DNA of 61,873 nucleotides, counting the filler, from Sphacelaria rigidula (lineage: Eukaryota), in the NCBI GenBank assembly GCA_964200075.2. It is 9 parts of 9 records of this genome, joined end to end, with 100 filler letters (N's around TTAATTAATTAA, not from the genome) between each part and the next. Parts side by side here need not be neighbours in the genome. Positions count along the whole stretch, not along the records: positions 1 to 6,786 come from CAXNAA020018084.1; positions 6,887 to 13,672 come from CAXNAA020018085.1; 7 more parts are not named here. One strand, written 5' to 3'. This document shows positions 1 through 12,794 of the stretch, one piece after another (position 1 is the stretch's first letter; the number at the start of each line of letters is the position of its first letter). The notes under the pieces are model-generated. The model saw nothing but the letters and a program-made list of their open reading frames with translations. It did not search any database and had not been told where the DNA came from. The translations under genes and the position numbers were made by a program.

Positions 1-3000
1 CCTCTTTCCCGAAGGGCATTTTTTCGAAAGTTGTCATGTTTGGTTTTGTTGTTGTTAATTTTGTTGCAAGAAATTGATCAACAAACACCCGCAAAAGTCG
101 AAAAGTCTGGTGGGCTTTGCGGGGTTTGTACATCTGCTTCTGCTCCTCGCCCGCTCTGTCCCGATGACGTCAGATGCCGGTTACGCTTACACACATACAT
201 GTATGTACACGAGCGCACGGTAGCGACAGTCTGTAGCAAAACTAGCAACACTATCTCACGCCTCACCAAACTTTCCCGGATTACTGGTGGGTACTCGAGG
301 CACACGACACGGAACATGATCCCAAAAATAAACGTAATCATAGGAAGTGATGAGCTCAGGGTGGGCGGCGTGTTCGCCATCTCAGCGGTATCCTTACGCC
401 TCGGGAATAAAGTAGGGGGCAGAAAGCTGGGTGTCCCCCCCCTCAAAAAGTCAATTTTTCGATCTTGGGGCCTACATGGCCATGAATATTTTTGCGAAAC
501 CCACTGGGTTCACGGGGAAACCTCTTGACGTTTTCTGTTGTAAATTTCGTGGAAAATTTGGATCATCCCCAAACTCGTCATTTTCGTGGAGATATGCTAT
601 GAACAGAAAAAAGTCCACAGATAAAGAATATTTCAAATCAAATTCGCTCAATACCGGCTTCCGAGGGTCTCAGCGTGAAAAACTCCGGAATCCAGTACAG
701 GTTGACTAATATTGAAAAATTCAAATGGACGTTTCCGCAGGTGGTCTAAGGAATTTTCGTACAAAGCTTCGTTGCGTAACCCGAACAGCTCATCCCAAAC
801 CGTCGATATGAGCCAAAGCGCAAAAGGAAAACGTCGTTTGCAGACTATAATGGAGTAAGTGGGGTATTCCGCGTACATTTGTATACTTTAACGCATATAC
901 GGTAAATCTTCCACGCCGTTTCTTCGAGTTTGACTCTGAATTTTGCGCAGGTGCTTCGAGATATGTAGAAGGCTAAAATAATGAGGACACCGACACCGCC
1001 TCGTGAGACCCCGGATACCTTGCGAAAAAAAATAAAAACGTAAGACCCCATGCATGCAGCCCTTCTACAGTAGACATATCTCAGAGCTTGCTGCTGAAGC
1101 CTCTGGTATCCCTGAGTAGGATGTCGGCGTGTAGCAGTAAGCACACGACTGCTACAGGCAAAAAAAACACGCAAAATGGAAAATTGAAGTTGGTCAAGTT
1201 AGGGCGAATATACCTTACTCTCCGTCGACGCTAGCCTCTTAAATCTCACGAAAACATTGTTCCATGTCAACAAAAGAGATGTCGATGCGCATGAGTGTCA
1301 TGTGGCGGTGTGTTTGCGCCAGCCTTCGCAAGTGTTGCATGTACTCGGCACTATCAGGTGTATGTGCACTACGCAAAGTGGCCAACAAAGTTAAGGCTAC
1401 ACTACACTGCAAGTGTGGTCCGTCCCAGGAGGAGAAAATTAAGAGCGGGCAAATGCAAGTAACATCGACCATGTGATCCATCATGAAATCAGGGTTTGCC
1501 TGACTCATTCGCGTGAGGTCCATTGAGGATACATACACATACGTACAGTGCTCATAAATCCTGTGGCGTACCGATGCCATCCTCCGTAGCTGTGGAGTGC
1601 TGTGCGATTAATTGATTAGACCGTCGCACGTTACCCAGTCCGCCCCTAGGGATCCAGTCATGCTCACAAGTTAGGCGGACCCAAGGCGAAACAAAACGAA
1701 AGCACCGGCTGAAGGAAGTTCGAGCAAGAGAAGAAGAAACCGAGAAAACACCAGAGTAATAGGAAAAAAACAGAAAAAACGTGAAGGAAAGGAAAGGAGA
1801 AATAAAAAACAACGCTGACATGGATCTAGTACCGGTCGTGCGATTTCAGGAACAGAACGACACAAACAGCCGGCCCTAGCTGCATGGTTTGACGTCAGTG
1901 GACCGTACAACGTCAGCCCTAACAAAACGGAGGGAAGGGGAAGAAAGATAGCTGCTAACGTAGGTTGCGATTCAGCCGTTCGGGAACCACACTATGTGGA
2001 CAGAAAAGGCTCATCCGCGAGCTCCATACGAGCGATATTCAAGCACTGCCACAACACAAAAAAACAGAAGAAGACAAGGAAGGATGATGGGGCCCGGACA
2101 AAGAAAATATGAGAAAACGATATCCACGATCAGAGCAGAAGCCAAAACGCCGTCCGCCGAAAGTCGAGAATCGCTACCGTTGCAAGTCAAGGATGGCAGT
2201 GACTAATCCAGAGGATAACACAGGGGTGTAACACTTTTCTCGTTACCCAAGCATCTTCGACTCATCGCTAGTCAGCTACAAGGGGAATGGCGTATTACAA
2301 TCATGCCACTAAGCCGTGCAATGGTTTTCCACACGACTGCTACCGTTAACAGAACACTGAGTTAGACGTTTCATCAGTACCGTCATGGATGGGCAAAACC
2401 GCACTCCATAAACAACAGCATATCCATGCCATACCACATGCGTGAATTCTGGATGACCAAGTTGGACGAGGAATGTCACATTATTCACGCAACACTCCCG
2501 CCACGTTGTCGAGCAGACGACAACTTATCGTCCTACCCCTCGTTCGGAAATGGCAATCAATTCAAGAACATGAGACTGTCAACTCCAAGCTCACGACTGT
2601 ATCGGCCTTTTTGAGCATAATTTTCTCCACTGTGCAACGTCTTCTTTCGTCACCACTCAAGACAAGATTCAGGCACACTGTGAGAAATTACTACTGTCAA
2701 ACCTACCTCAAGCATTTTTTGAACCCTACAAGTAGTTTGCACTTACTTGTTTAGGTCCCAAACTAAATCTCGGTACCACATTAGGTTCGAGGTACAATAC
2801 GACAACGGGATGTCATAGTCTCTAGTCCTGCACGACAGCGAGCCCCCCTCCCCCCCCCCCCGGAGTCTGTGCAATCCGAGCACCGAGGAGGATGCTTCCC
2901 TCTGGAACATTTTCAAAGTCCCTCGCGAACCCGATGGCTTCGTGGTCATGGCTGACGTCAACATACTATAGCTGTGGTGAAACGAAATTGTAGATGGCAA

Positions 3001-3319
3001 TCCACATCAAATCCGGGGGAAACACGACAGGAACATGTATTCGTATGTAATCGGCTGCGCAGAATGTCGCGATATCGTGAAAGAACAATCTGCATACCTT
3101 AAATACCCATGAAAACAAAGAGATGGCCCAACACATACCAAGGGCTCGGTTGCTGATAAATCTCATTAGTTGACTGAAGGCAAAATTTGGAACACATTAC
3201 AGGTGCGAACGACCGTGGCCATTGCTGTTGAATGAGTTGGCGTTGGGGCATGACTAAGCGCTGATTAGGTGGCTCGCATCCATGCCTCTGCAACCTCACT
3301 CAGTAAAATCACCATCGAC

Positions 3320-3413
3320 CTATCGTGTGTCATCCCCAAACGCTTTGACGTTTTCACGTCTAACCCAAGCCCACTCCGCGCCACGCCCACCCCTATCAAC
3401 GAGCAATGAGTAC

Positions 3414-3445
<32 letters not shown>

Positions 3446-3618
3446 ATCCACCCCAATTAGGGACGCCCCCCCCCCCCCCTATCAACGAGCAGCATTTCCC
3501 TTCTGAAGCTGTGGAACGCTGGAGCCCCTTTCTTCGTCTCGTTTCCCGCACGCTCGAAGCCCCTGATGGTGTCCGTCAGCTGCTCATACACAAATTCATC
3601 CACTGGTAGGGGATTCAC
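3320..3618 (-). CDS. ROCO GTPase, terminal exon, interrupted by a 70-bp insertion plus 16-bp duplication
   Basis: Acceptor ctcacag|GTG at 3618 in phase 0. Reads VNPLPVDEFVYEQL...EMLLVDRG. With the insertion and one repeat copy removed it continues GRGAEWAWVRRENVKAFGDDTR-TAG(3320). As assembled it stops at TAA 3457-3459 inside the insertion. Confidence 0.7.
3390..3491 (+). mobile_element. Short poly(C)-tailed insertion (3406-3475) flanked by 16-bp direct repeats
   Basis: CCCCTATCAACGAGCA occurs at 3390-3405 and 3476-3491. The insert is ATGAGTACG-poly(C)-TCATCCACCCCAATTAGGGACG-poly(C). Confidence 0.7.
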
Positions 3619-4025
3619 CTGTGAGGAGACACGTCCCGGACCAGATGCAGGGCAGTCAGAAACAAGTTCAGGTAGATAGCGTGCTAAAACACAGCAGAAC
3701 TTCGACAAGTCGTCACCCCAAGGACTACGGTGGGAACGAACAGAGCAGCGGCACCTGTACAGCACTCACTTCAAACGAGTTACCGCCATAGGGGGTCACA
3801 CGTCTCTGTCCACCTGTGGACAGTACAGTATTGGAGCGTAAACATTAGCACACAGGTTTACAACCTCACGTGAGAGCACGGATATAGGCACACCGCAGAG
3901 ACCGGCCAACCATCATGCAGGGAAGAATATTACTCGCAGAAAATACTTTCGCCTGGGAAGTCGTACCTCGGTTGGCATCCGGTGTCAAGCTTGTGGCACA
4001 CACTTCGGAATCAATGTCTTCTCAC

Positions 4026-4811
4026 CTTTGTAGCGGACTCCAGCTGGCTCAGCTGCTCTAGATCATCGCCGCCACTCAGACTTTCTAGCGCTTTGCTTTT
4101 CGCTTCTTCCACGCCGGTGCCCACTCCTTCTTTGACGATCTCTGACACCACCCCTCCTAACGTCTCTCCGAAGGCAGAATCAATTTCAGCAGGAAACGCC
4201 GAACCAGTGCACGCCTTGAGCGAAATGCTCCCAAGGACCCACCCCACCTTTGCTACTGGCTTTGTTTTCCTCACCCAATCCAAGAGCTCCTTCACCTCGT
4301 ATCCCTGTCCTCCAGGGCCGCAGTCCACCAGGCTCCTGTCATGAGCGCAGAGTAGAAACAGTCGCCAATCTCTGTGGAACATGCCCTTGCTGACCACCCT
4401 CCCATTTTGAAACCAACTCTGCAATCGAGCATTCCAGCTCTGATAACTTCTGTCGCTGTTCAAGAGAACCCCTTCGTGCGCTGCCAGGAGACACGCTAAT
4501 CGGGGCACCGGCCACCGCAAACAGGCTATGTCGAATGCTACGTTTCGCAGCATGACCGTCGACGAGTCACCGCGCCCCTCAGTTTTCAACCTGTTGATCT
4601 GTGCCCCCATGCTGTTCGACAAGGCGTCCAACTTTGTCTGCAGTCGCTGCAGTCGTTGGTTGGCATCCCTGTCGACGTCCCGACGCAACTCGTTCAATCT
4701 TTGCTCAAGAACAGCATCGGTCCTACTGAGTAGCACCAATTCCGACTCCCCCAGACTTGTGTCCGGTGGCTGCCAAGCGGGCATCATCTTGTCCAGTACC
4801 GTCTCCAGATT
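4026..4811 (-). CDS. ROCO GTPase, penultimate exon (coiled coil plus brown-algal ROCO C-terminal region)
   Basis: Acceptor ccacag|AAT at 4811 and donor AAG|gtgag at 4026, 786 nt, phase 0/0. Motifs LRWPVPRLACL and RLFLLCAHDRSLVDCGPGGQGYEV resemble C-termini of Ectocarpus-type ROCO proteins. Confidence 0.8.
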
Positions 4812-6255
4812 CTGTGGCAATGCAAATAATGATGTGAAGTGTGTGCACGCGGCAGAAACGGCTCTTGTCTCAGTGATACAGGCCTTGATTCCGATAGTAC
4901 GTTCAGAGACCAACCCTGCGGTGAAGCAAGTCCAAAGCGAGTCACACCGCGGCGACGCACCCAGGTGCTGAACGTTATTAATTACGACAATATACAGTAT
5001 GAACATGCCCATACACGCAGAAGGGCTGACGGGTCACGTGCTTCCCCGGTGCTTTAGTAGAGCGCACATTGCTCACGCACGGAAGTGAACAGATTTGATC
5101 GTTTCCCTTGTACCATGGTGAGTGGTACAGACATACATATTATTCAAGTACGGGCAGTATACATCACGCGTTGTCAAGGCTGAACGATGAAAAGTGAGCG
5201 CCAAATTGCGTGTATTCTCCATCGTTCAATGTCTGCTAGACACCACAGCAGGCGTTGTCGCGCATTACCGTTGCTACTGCAATTCCGCGGTACTGTGTAC
5301 GATCGAATCGATGCAACGAAGCAGAAACAGCAGTCTCGTATAGGCAGGGGTTCCATAAATAATATGTTTCATATTGACCGTGCCATATACGATATGAGGG
5401 GGGAGCTCAAACACGCTAAACCGTCAAAAATTTGCATCCGGTTACGAGAACACCAAGACGCGCGTAATATAAGGACGTATCGGGAGTGTTTGCGCACCGA
5501 TGGCCATAGTGTGACTCGCATGACTAAGAAATACGTCCCTTGTCGTTCGTTTCCTTTTGAATCAAACCCAGCGAAAACGCATCGTGTTCAGTCAGTCCAC
5601 CATGAGCTACTCATTGCAATGCCTTAAGTTGTACCTCGAGCAGTACAGTTCGTACGGCGCTGTTGTGATGTTCCGTGCATCCTTGCTTCAGGTTTTCAAC
5701 TGAAGTGCGTGGTCGCTACCACAACCGCCATGATTCCGATTGTGTTACTCGTTTCTCTGCTAGTTCGATTTTGTCAAAAACCTATTACAAGAGTAGCAGG
5801 TTGTCCAAGCGTTTGAAGATAACGACCGCCAGAATATACGGTCAATACCAGCAATGAGTGTCTCGACCCCGCCAATCGAATGTCCAACATAGTTTTGATC
5901 CTGTTATTAGGGGAGCTGGATGAGTGGGGGGATCGTCGAACAGCTCTTACCCGAAGGAAAACGGGAGAGAAATGCCCAGGCACTCTTCACATGCACACGT
6001 CAACCTCTGGTAGAACCTCTACTGTGACTTCACCAAGTCCTTTCTCCCGAACGAGACCGTCATGTGAACCTTGGTTAGTTCCGGTACGTTCGTGCGCACC
6101 AATTTACTGTCGAGGGTTGCTATCAAACGTACAGGACGTGGGTATACAAGAACAAATCAAAACACACCACAAGAACGGACAGAGCAATCGGATTCGGATC
6201 GGCTGTTGAGGCACTAACCAACGAGCAAGAATATAGCGCAAGACTCGAGGCTGAC

Positions 6256-6786
6256 CTGATATATCCTGCTTTGATGGTGCTCCTGGAGTCCATCCAAAGT
6301 ATCCTGCCAAGCGTCTTTTCCTTCCTTGATATTTGAAGAACGCGGTGGAAAGAAACGGAGGCCTCTGTACTGATCGTGCAGCATTTTTTCTAACTCTTCT
6401 TTCGCACGTTTCGCGGCGTCCCAAACCATCTTCTTGTCTTCTCCCGCCACAGCGATCTCGATTCGCGTCGGCAGAGTGTCGGTGGGCTCGTGCAGACAGA
6501 TCAAGTTTTCCATCGCTTCCATCGTGAACGACGCTCCCTTGTTCCAGCAAGCTCGAAACACGATGCCATTGCCTCGACAAAACCATCCAACGAATTGGGC
6601 GATGATGCCGGGCGGTATGTACTTCGCACGAAGCTGAGAGGTGAACTGCCTGCTAACTGCAGTAGACATCTTCTTTTCCAGCTCGGAGAGAGTACCGTCG
6701 GCCACGGTACTAGGCAGCCGCGCTGGTACCACAAACTCACCTTTCGGCCCGCACGGAAACATGGCACCGTAGCTTGACATCGTTTC
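6256..6786 (-). CDS. ROCO (LRR-Roc-COR) GTPase, internal exon encoding the C-terminal part of COR; 5' part cut by contig end
   Basis: Open frame with COR-like motifs FVVPARLP, YIPPGIIAQF and CWNKG. Ends at donor CAG|GTCAG (6256) in phase 0, matching the acceptor at 4811. Confidence 0.75.
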
Positions 6787-6886
6787 NNNNNNNNNNNNNN
6801 NNNNNNNNNNNNNNNNNNNNNNNNNNNNNNTTAATTAATTAANNNNNNNNNNNNNNNNNNNNNNNNNNNNNNNNNNNNNNNNNNNN
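6787..6886. other. Artificial contig linker N44-TTAATTAATTAA-N44 (also 13673-13772, 20559-20658, 27445-27544, 34331-34430, 41217-41316, 48103-48202, 54989-55088)
   Basis: Eight identical 100-bp spacers carrying stops in all six frames, at an exact 6886-bp period. Confidence 0.98.
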
Positions 6887-7009
6887 AACTATTCAGCGGA
6901 GTTTTGGGGATTTCCTCGCGTACTACTCTTCGATAGAACTCGAAATTGCTAGCGTCGGTAGATTTTGGTACAATAAATAGATCATCCTCGAAACACAGTG
7001 CCCAAGTCA

Positions 7010-7865
7010 GTGCTAGTTGGTGTTATCGGGCGAAACAACGAGTAAATACCCCGTCACCAGGAGGGTGTTATTGACCGTGAAACCCAGTTTTTCGGCTCTA
7101 GTGCAATAAGTAGGCAGAGTTTCCAAAAAATGAACTGTACATTTCTTTAGAAATATGATCGGGACAGGCTCGATCGACCGAAATTATCGAAGAGTAAGAA
7201 TCTGGACTGAAACGTCGCAGGATCCCCGATGACCGGTCAGCCCGTTAAGTCACTCAATATTGAGTACACATGCTTTTTTATTTCTTGGAATGTTGGGTGG
7301 ATACAAATATCTTCAGATCCTCAACGTGATGAGCGGTGGCAAGCGACAAGAGCTAAAAAAAATCGCCAGTCACGAAGATATCACAAAATGCCTCAAAATG
7401 AATAGTTAGACCGCCCACTTCTGTATTCTCCATAAGTGCAAGCGTCGATAGTTTTGGCAAAATAAGCAGATCGAGCTGACAGACAGATCATAAAGCCCAA
7501 GTTGGTGCTGTGGGGGTGATACGGAGTAAAGACCCCCTTCATCAGGGGGTTGTTGTGACCGTGAATGGTCCAAGAAAAACGATTTTCCGGCTCTAGCGCA
7601 GGGAATAGATGGAATTAAATATATATATATATCTTCATGTATTCACATATATGATCGGGATCGAGTCGGTACACCGAGAATACCGAAGAGCTAGAACCTG
7701 CGGTTGCACTTGGGCAGGACCCCAGAAAAACGGTCAGGCCTGTAAGTCACTCAATATTGGTCGCAGATTTTTTTTTTTTTGATATTCGTCAAGGGGATTA
7801 CATTATCTCCAGATGCCTTTTTTTTGGCATCCGACTTTCACTGTGATGAGCGGTGGCAAGCGAAA
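7010..7865 (+). repeat. Two diverged ~480-bp tandem units of a non-coding repeat, with a third diverged copy at about 10270-10600
   Basis: Shared blocks GAGTAAA..CCCC, GACCGTGAA..TTTTxCGGCTCTAG, ATATGATCGGGA, GCAGGA.CCC..CGGTCAG..TAAGTCACTCAATATTG and GTGATGAGCGGTGGCAAGCGA at about 7040-7350 and 7525-7865. Confidence 0.7.
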
Positions 7866-7898
7866 GAAATTTGGAAAATCTCCAAGCCATTAGGAAAT

Positions 7899-8972
7899 TA
7901 CGAGTTCCGCAGCCTGAAAACGGATTTAAGCTCGCACAGCCGTGTCTAAAGACAGACGAATTGGGCCGTGATCCGCATATCCTATCGTGTAGTCAAGGGG
8001 AAGATCGTCATCTGTTCGAAAGTCTGGGCCAATTTTTTCTCGTTCATAATCAAGTCTATTGTCAGCGGATGATGACAATGTTTGGTGTGGACATTCCCCA
8101 GAGCACGGGGAAACGATCGATACCCTAACCGTTACGTAGTTCCTTCTATCTCAAGATATACGCACATGATATTCTATACTAAACTCAATATATTACGAGC
8201 AGAGGCACTGAAACACTAAATCTGGATTTCGCGTCTCAGTCTTCTACAGTTGTGCTTCGAAATTTGGTAAAGAGAATCGCGAGGGCATAGAAACACAAAT
8301 CCTTGAGGTTTTTTTCGTGATATTTTTTTTCGTTACTCAGGGGCGTTTTAGTGAAAAATGGACATTATTCATGGTCCTCATCTCAGTTTTTCAGAATGGA
8401 AAGGGTATACTGAACACGGAAAATGCGCCTATATTTTATTTTTTCATGGGTGAGTTAAGGACGTTCTCGTGAAAAAATGATGGTGTGTACTACTCTAAAA
8501 TGTCCTAAACTGATGGAATAAAAATGAACACGTCCCATGTGTTTGGCTCATTATGCCCTAGCGATTTTCCACACATAATTTCGAATCACAAGTACCGAAG
8601 ATGAATCGGCATATAGACTGCAAAATATTGTTCCGAATTTCGACTGGTCCCGGTTCTAAATCGCCCATCTTCACCTCGGTCCCGGTTTTAGGAGTTGGAC
8701 TTACAACTTGGTATAGACAATGAACAGGGCATGCTGAAAAATAACGTCGAGACATGAAGATTGATTTTTCATGAGTTGAAGGAAATAATCAAAATCAAGT
8801 TCTGTCAAGTGTCCGTTGACCCTGAGAAAAAAGTTTCCATGTCCCGACGTAATCTTTTCTTCTGTTATGTCCTGTTCATTCTCCATACCAAGTTTGAAGG
8901 TTCAACTCTCAAAATTGAGTTCAGGATGGGCCTGAAACCTACATATTCGCTTCGAGGATGGGCCTGGACAAT
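7899..8972. mobile_element. Diverged copy of the mariner-like MITE family
   Basis: Starts TA|CGAGTTCCGCAGCCTGAAAACGG, colinear with 11015-12210 throughout, with an internal hairpin at about 8690-8910 and a degenerate right end. Confidence 0.65.
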
Positions 8973-11014
8973 CGATTGCATTGTCCGAAAGTGCACTGCG
9001 CCCAGTATGGATCTAGTGTCTACTGCAATAGACGCAATAGTCAATACTGTACGCAGTATACTTTTGGATAACGTAATTTCTTCTCCAATGTGTGCATCCA
9101 AGCGGAGATTAGAAGGACAAAGCAATCGTTATCCACTACCGACTCTTCATCGGACGTTCTCTCCATGTTGTACATCCATCTATCGCCACCTTAGAAAGGT
9201 GTAACATACCCTACCTCAGGCCGCTGACCCTTCGCCCGCTACCATCGTGGGTCGGTAACCTACCAACACGGTTTTACACCGCTCGTGTTCCGAATTGATC
9301 ATCGATGGATGGATTGATGGATTGACTTGTCGCACACACACTGATCCCCGACAGACGCAGCCGTCGTCACAAGCTGGACGTACGTAAGTAACCCAAAGTT
9401 TACAAAACTTGAACGCTCGCTCGAGCAGAAGAAACGTGGGTGAAACAACAAAAAACATGGAACAAGGAAGTAAAAACTGAGAACGGCAAGCAAAAAAAAC
9501 AAACGGAACACAGCTCCCGATCAACAGACGACCCCACCCTGACGGGTAAAACGTTGTTTGAGCTCACCTGGAGCGCTAGATCGCAACACACTCCAAGGGG
9601 GAGCCCGCCGGGACGCCGACTCGCCGCAGAGCCGGGGACTGCTTTGGGTTGCCGATACCTGGTCGTAGTCATTTCCACGTACGGCAGGGGTTTGGAGTAT
9701 GATACAGGGATGGCACATTTATTCATCACAGAGTTCAGAATGTGATCAAAGGACGGCGCATTTTCCATCACAGGAAAAGAATTAAAGTAACCAAACTTAC
9801 GTATTGTTTTCATTCAACCGGGTATTTTTCAGGACGAAACCACCTTCACTCCACAGTTTGAGAGACAATGGACATTGGAAAAGAAGAAGGTCGTCCTCAG
9901 ACTACATTTCCCACTTTTGGAGGCTTGTCTACCGGCGTTGAGCCATAAATGTCCATGGTTGACACAATTTTGTACAAGTATCGTTACCCCTAACCCTTAA
10001 CCCAACCCAGCGCATACGAGAGCCCTCGGGCAAGGGCGGTACATACACATGCTCCACAATAGGCAAAGTGCGACCTTGGTAGACCCCAAATCGGCGCCTG
10101 TGGCGCCGATTTCGACGAAAACGCGTCCTACGCACGCGAGGAGCACACGGGACTGTCAGCCCTAGTAAACATCCAATTCTCGTTGTACACATTCGAATCA
10201 AGTAGTATCAACCATGAACATTTGTAGCCCAACGCTGGTAAACTCTACTGCAATTTTGTGTTGTCGTGACGAGAGGGAGTGAAAACCCGTTTACGGAGGG
10301 AGTGTTTTTGACCGCAGATGGCCCAAAACATGATTTTTCGGGTGTAGCGCAATGGATCGTGAAAGTATATATTAGTTAATTAATTAATTAATTGCTGTTT
10401 GTTGGGATATGGTCTTTTTTTTTTGACAGGGGGAAAACAATGTCGAGGAAATAGAAAAACTGAAGGCATAGAACTGTTTGATATCACGATCCCGATCGTT
10501 TCGGTCGCGGGAAAATGTCAGAGAGCGAGAGCCGGTGGCTGTACACTCGCAGGACCCACAGACACCGGTGAGCCCTCGTGTACTCCACCATTGGTCGGTT
10601 ATAGTTTTATAGATAAAATTCTGTCGGGCACTCATGTCTCTCGATTCCCAAAGTTTGGTATCAAACAGAAACCGTAATGGGTCGTGACCGAAAAATCTGC
10701 AGAAATCGATTTCAATACAAAATGCCTCGTTCAAAGTATAACCACCATAGTTAGATCCGACAATGGCGGTGAAACGAACCGGTAATTATTCAAATCGCCG
10801 TCTCGTGGGGAAAGTAGGGGTCAGCGAAAGTCATTCTCCAGTAGAGTTTATACGAAAAAATAATTAGCTGCGTATGGACACAAATAGCGATGAATCCAAG
10901 TCCAGGACCGAATACAACTGAAACGAGATGAATAGTTGTTGATCGAAAAGTTGGGGGGGAAAAAAATGCTCTTATAAAAAAACAAAAATCCCAATTTTGA
11001 CGAGTGTTCCTGCT

Positions 11015-12210
11015 TACGAGCTGGGCCAGCCTAAAAACGGATTCAAGCTCTCAAAGCAATATCTCATCGACACAGACGAGCTGGGCCATGATCTGCATAG
11101 TGTATAAATCGTCCAACCAAGGGGAGGGTTCCCATCTGCTCAAAAGTTTGGGCCAATACTCTCTCGTTGATTAAACCCCCATGTCCAGTCATTTCTATAC
11201 CTAACGGAGATGGCGTCCATACCAAAATCTATATGAAACCCCCGATCGATGCATTCAATGGATGACGAATTTTGGTGTGGGCATTCCCTGGAGCAAGGGG
11301 AGACGATAGATACCCTTACCTTCACCAAATTCCTTATTCGTCTCGAGATATGGCGCACAGATTTTCTATACTAAAATTAAAATATTACGAGCAGAGGCAC
11401 TAGACGAACTAAATCTCGATATCGCGTCTCAGTTTTCGAGAGTCATGCTATGAAATTTGGTATGGAGAACCGCTAATAATAGTGCATAAGAAAGCTGAAA
11501 AAACAGATTCTTCATTGTTTTCGTTTTCTTTGATTTTTTTCGGGTTTTTTGGGCAGTTGTGAGGAGAAATGAACACAGGTCTTCGGCCTCATCTCAGTTT
11601 TTAGAATTGTGATTTGAAACTCAGCATGGAGAACCACAGAGGTACGCTGAGTAAAACAAAAAATAGGCCTTCATTTTTTGGGGGGTGGGGAGAGGTTCGG
11701 GCGTTCTCGTAAAAAAATGGTCATCATATTAAAGCGCCCTAAACCAGTGAAGAAAAACAAATTCCAACGTGACCCACTTGATTTTGTTAATTATGTCCTA
11801 GCGAGGTCCCACACGAGATTTCGAAACACGAACACCAAACGTGGGCCGGTAAGTGGCCTGTATAATATGGTTCCGAATTTTTACAGACCCCGATACTAAA
11901 CGGCCCATTTGTCGGCCAATATTCAGAGTTGAACCCTAAAATTTGTTATGGACAATGAGTAGGGCATAATAAAACAAATTACCACTGCACACCATTTTTT
12001 CTTCTCCTCATGAGTTAAGGGCACTACAGTAGTCACTTTTCAGGTATCAGTGAAATGACCTTCATTCATAAAAAAAAACTCCGTGTGCAGTGGTATGTTT
12101 TATTATGCCCCATTAATTGTCCATACCAAAATTTAGGGTCCAACTCTACATAGTGGCCGACAAATGAACCTGCAAACTATAAATTCGCTTCTAGGCTGGC
12201 CCCGCTCGTA
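11015..12210. mobile_element. Non-autonomous Tc1/mariner-type element (~1.2 kb) with TA target duplication
   Basis: Left end TA|CGAGCTGGGCCAGCCTAAAAACG and right end CGCTTCTAGGCTGGCCCCGCTCG|TA form ~23-bp imperfect TIRs flanked by TA. No coding capacity. Internal hairpin 11906-11992/12083-12166. Confidence 0.8.
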
Positions 12211-12439
12211 TCAAGTCTAGGAAATTTTTCAAAAATCGAGGGTATGTGATGTTTTCTCTTTTTGTCACGTGGAGAGCATCGTACCCCCGACGTACGGTGT
12301 GGTGGTGGCGCTTCGCACAAGGAAAAACAAAACAAAACATTATGTAGACAGGAATTCTTCCAGTGAGCACGACACGGATTTTCCGTCCCGCCCGATATAT
12401 GTCCAACACTCCCATCACGTCCTGTCTGTCGAGGGGCCA

Positions 12440-12530
12440 CGGGAGACGTTCCCGTCCGGTCCCGTCCCGTCCCATCGTCTCATCCCACCATCCCGTCGCG
12501 TCCAATTCCGTCCCATCCCATTCCGTCTCG
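12440..12530. repeat. Degenerate (CCCGT/CCCAT)n microsatellite-like tract
   Basis: cccgtccggtcccgtcccgtcccatcgtctcatcccaccatcccgtcgcgtccaattccgtcccatcccattccgtc. Confidence 0.7.
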
Positions 12531-12794
12531 TTTTCCGGGGAGGGACCGTGATCGAAAACCCGCGCCCCCCGCCCCCCTGAAGCAATCAACAGAAATACCT
12601 GAGCGCACTCATGTCTTCCCCGGAGAGCAGCTCCATGACAAGTACGTCCTTGTTGCCATGCCTGCCGAACAGATAGTGTCTCGGCACGCACTTGAGACTC
12701 TGCAGATCCTCCACGACTTGGTTCTCCCACTGACAACGGACGGCAAAAGGAGAAAGAGGTGCTGAGCTTCAACTTGAATTTGTCAAAGGAGTGA

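Noticed and set aside
9985..10010. CCCTAACCCTTAACCCAACCC telomere-like repeat
   Set aside because: Only about three degenerate units, internal to the contig.
10375..10392. TTAATTAATTAA identical to the linker
   Set aside because: No flanking Ns and off the 6886-bp period. It is a natural (TAAT)n microsatellite.
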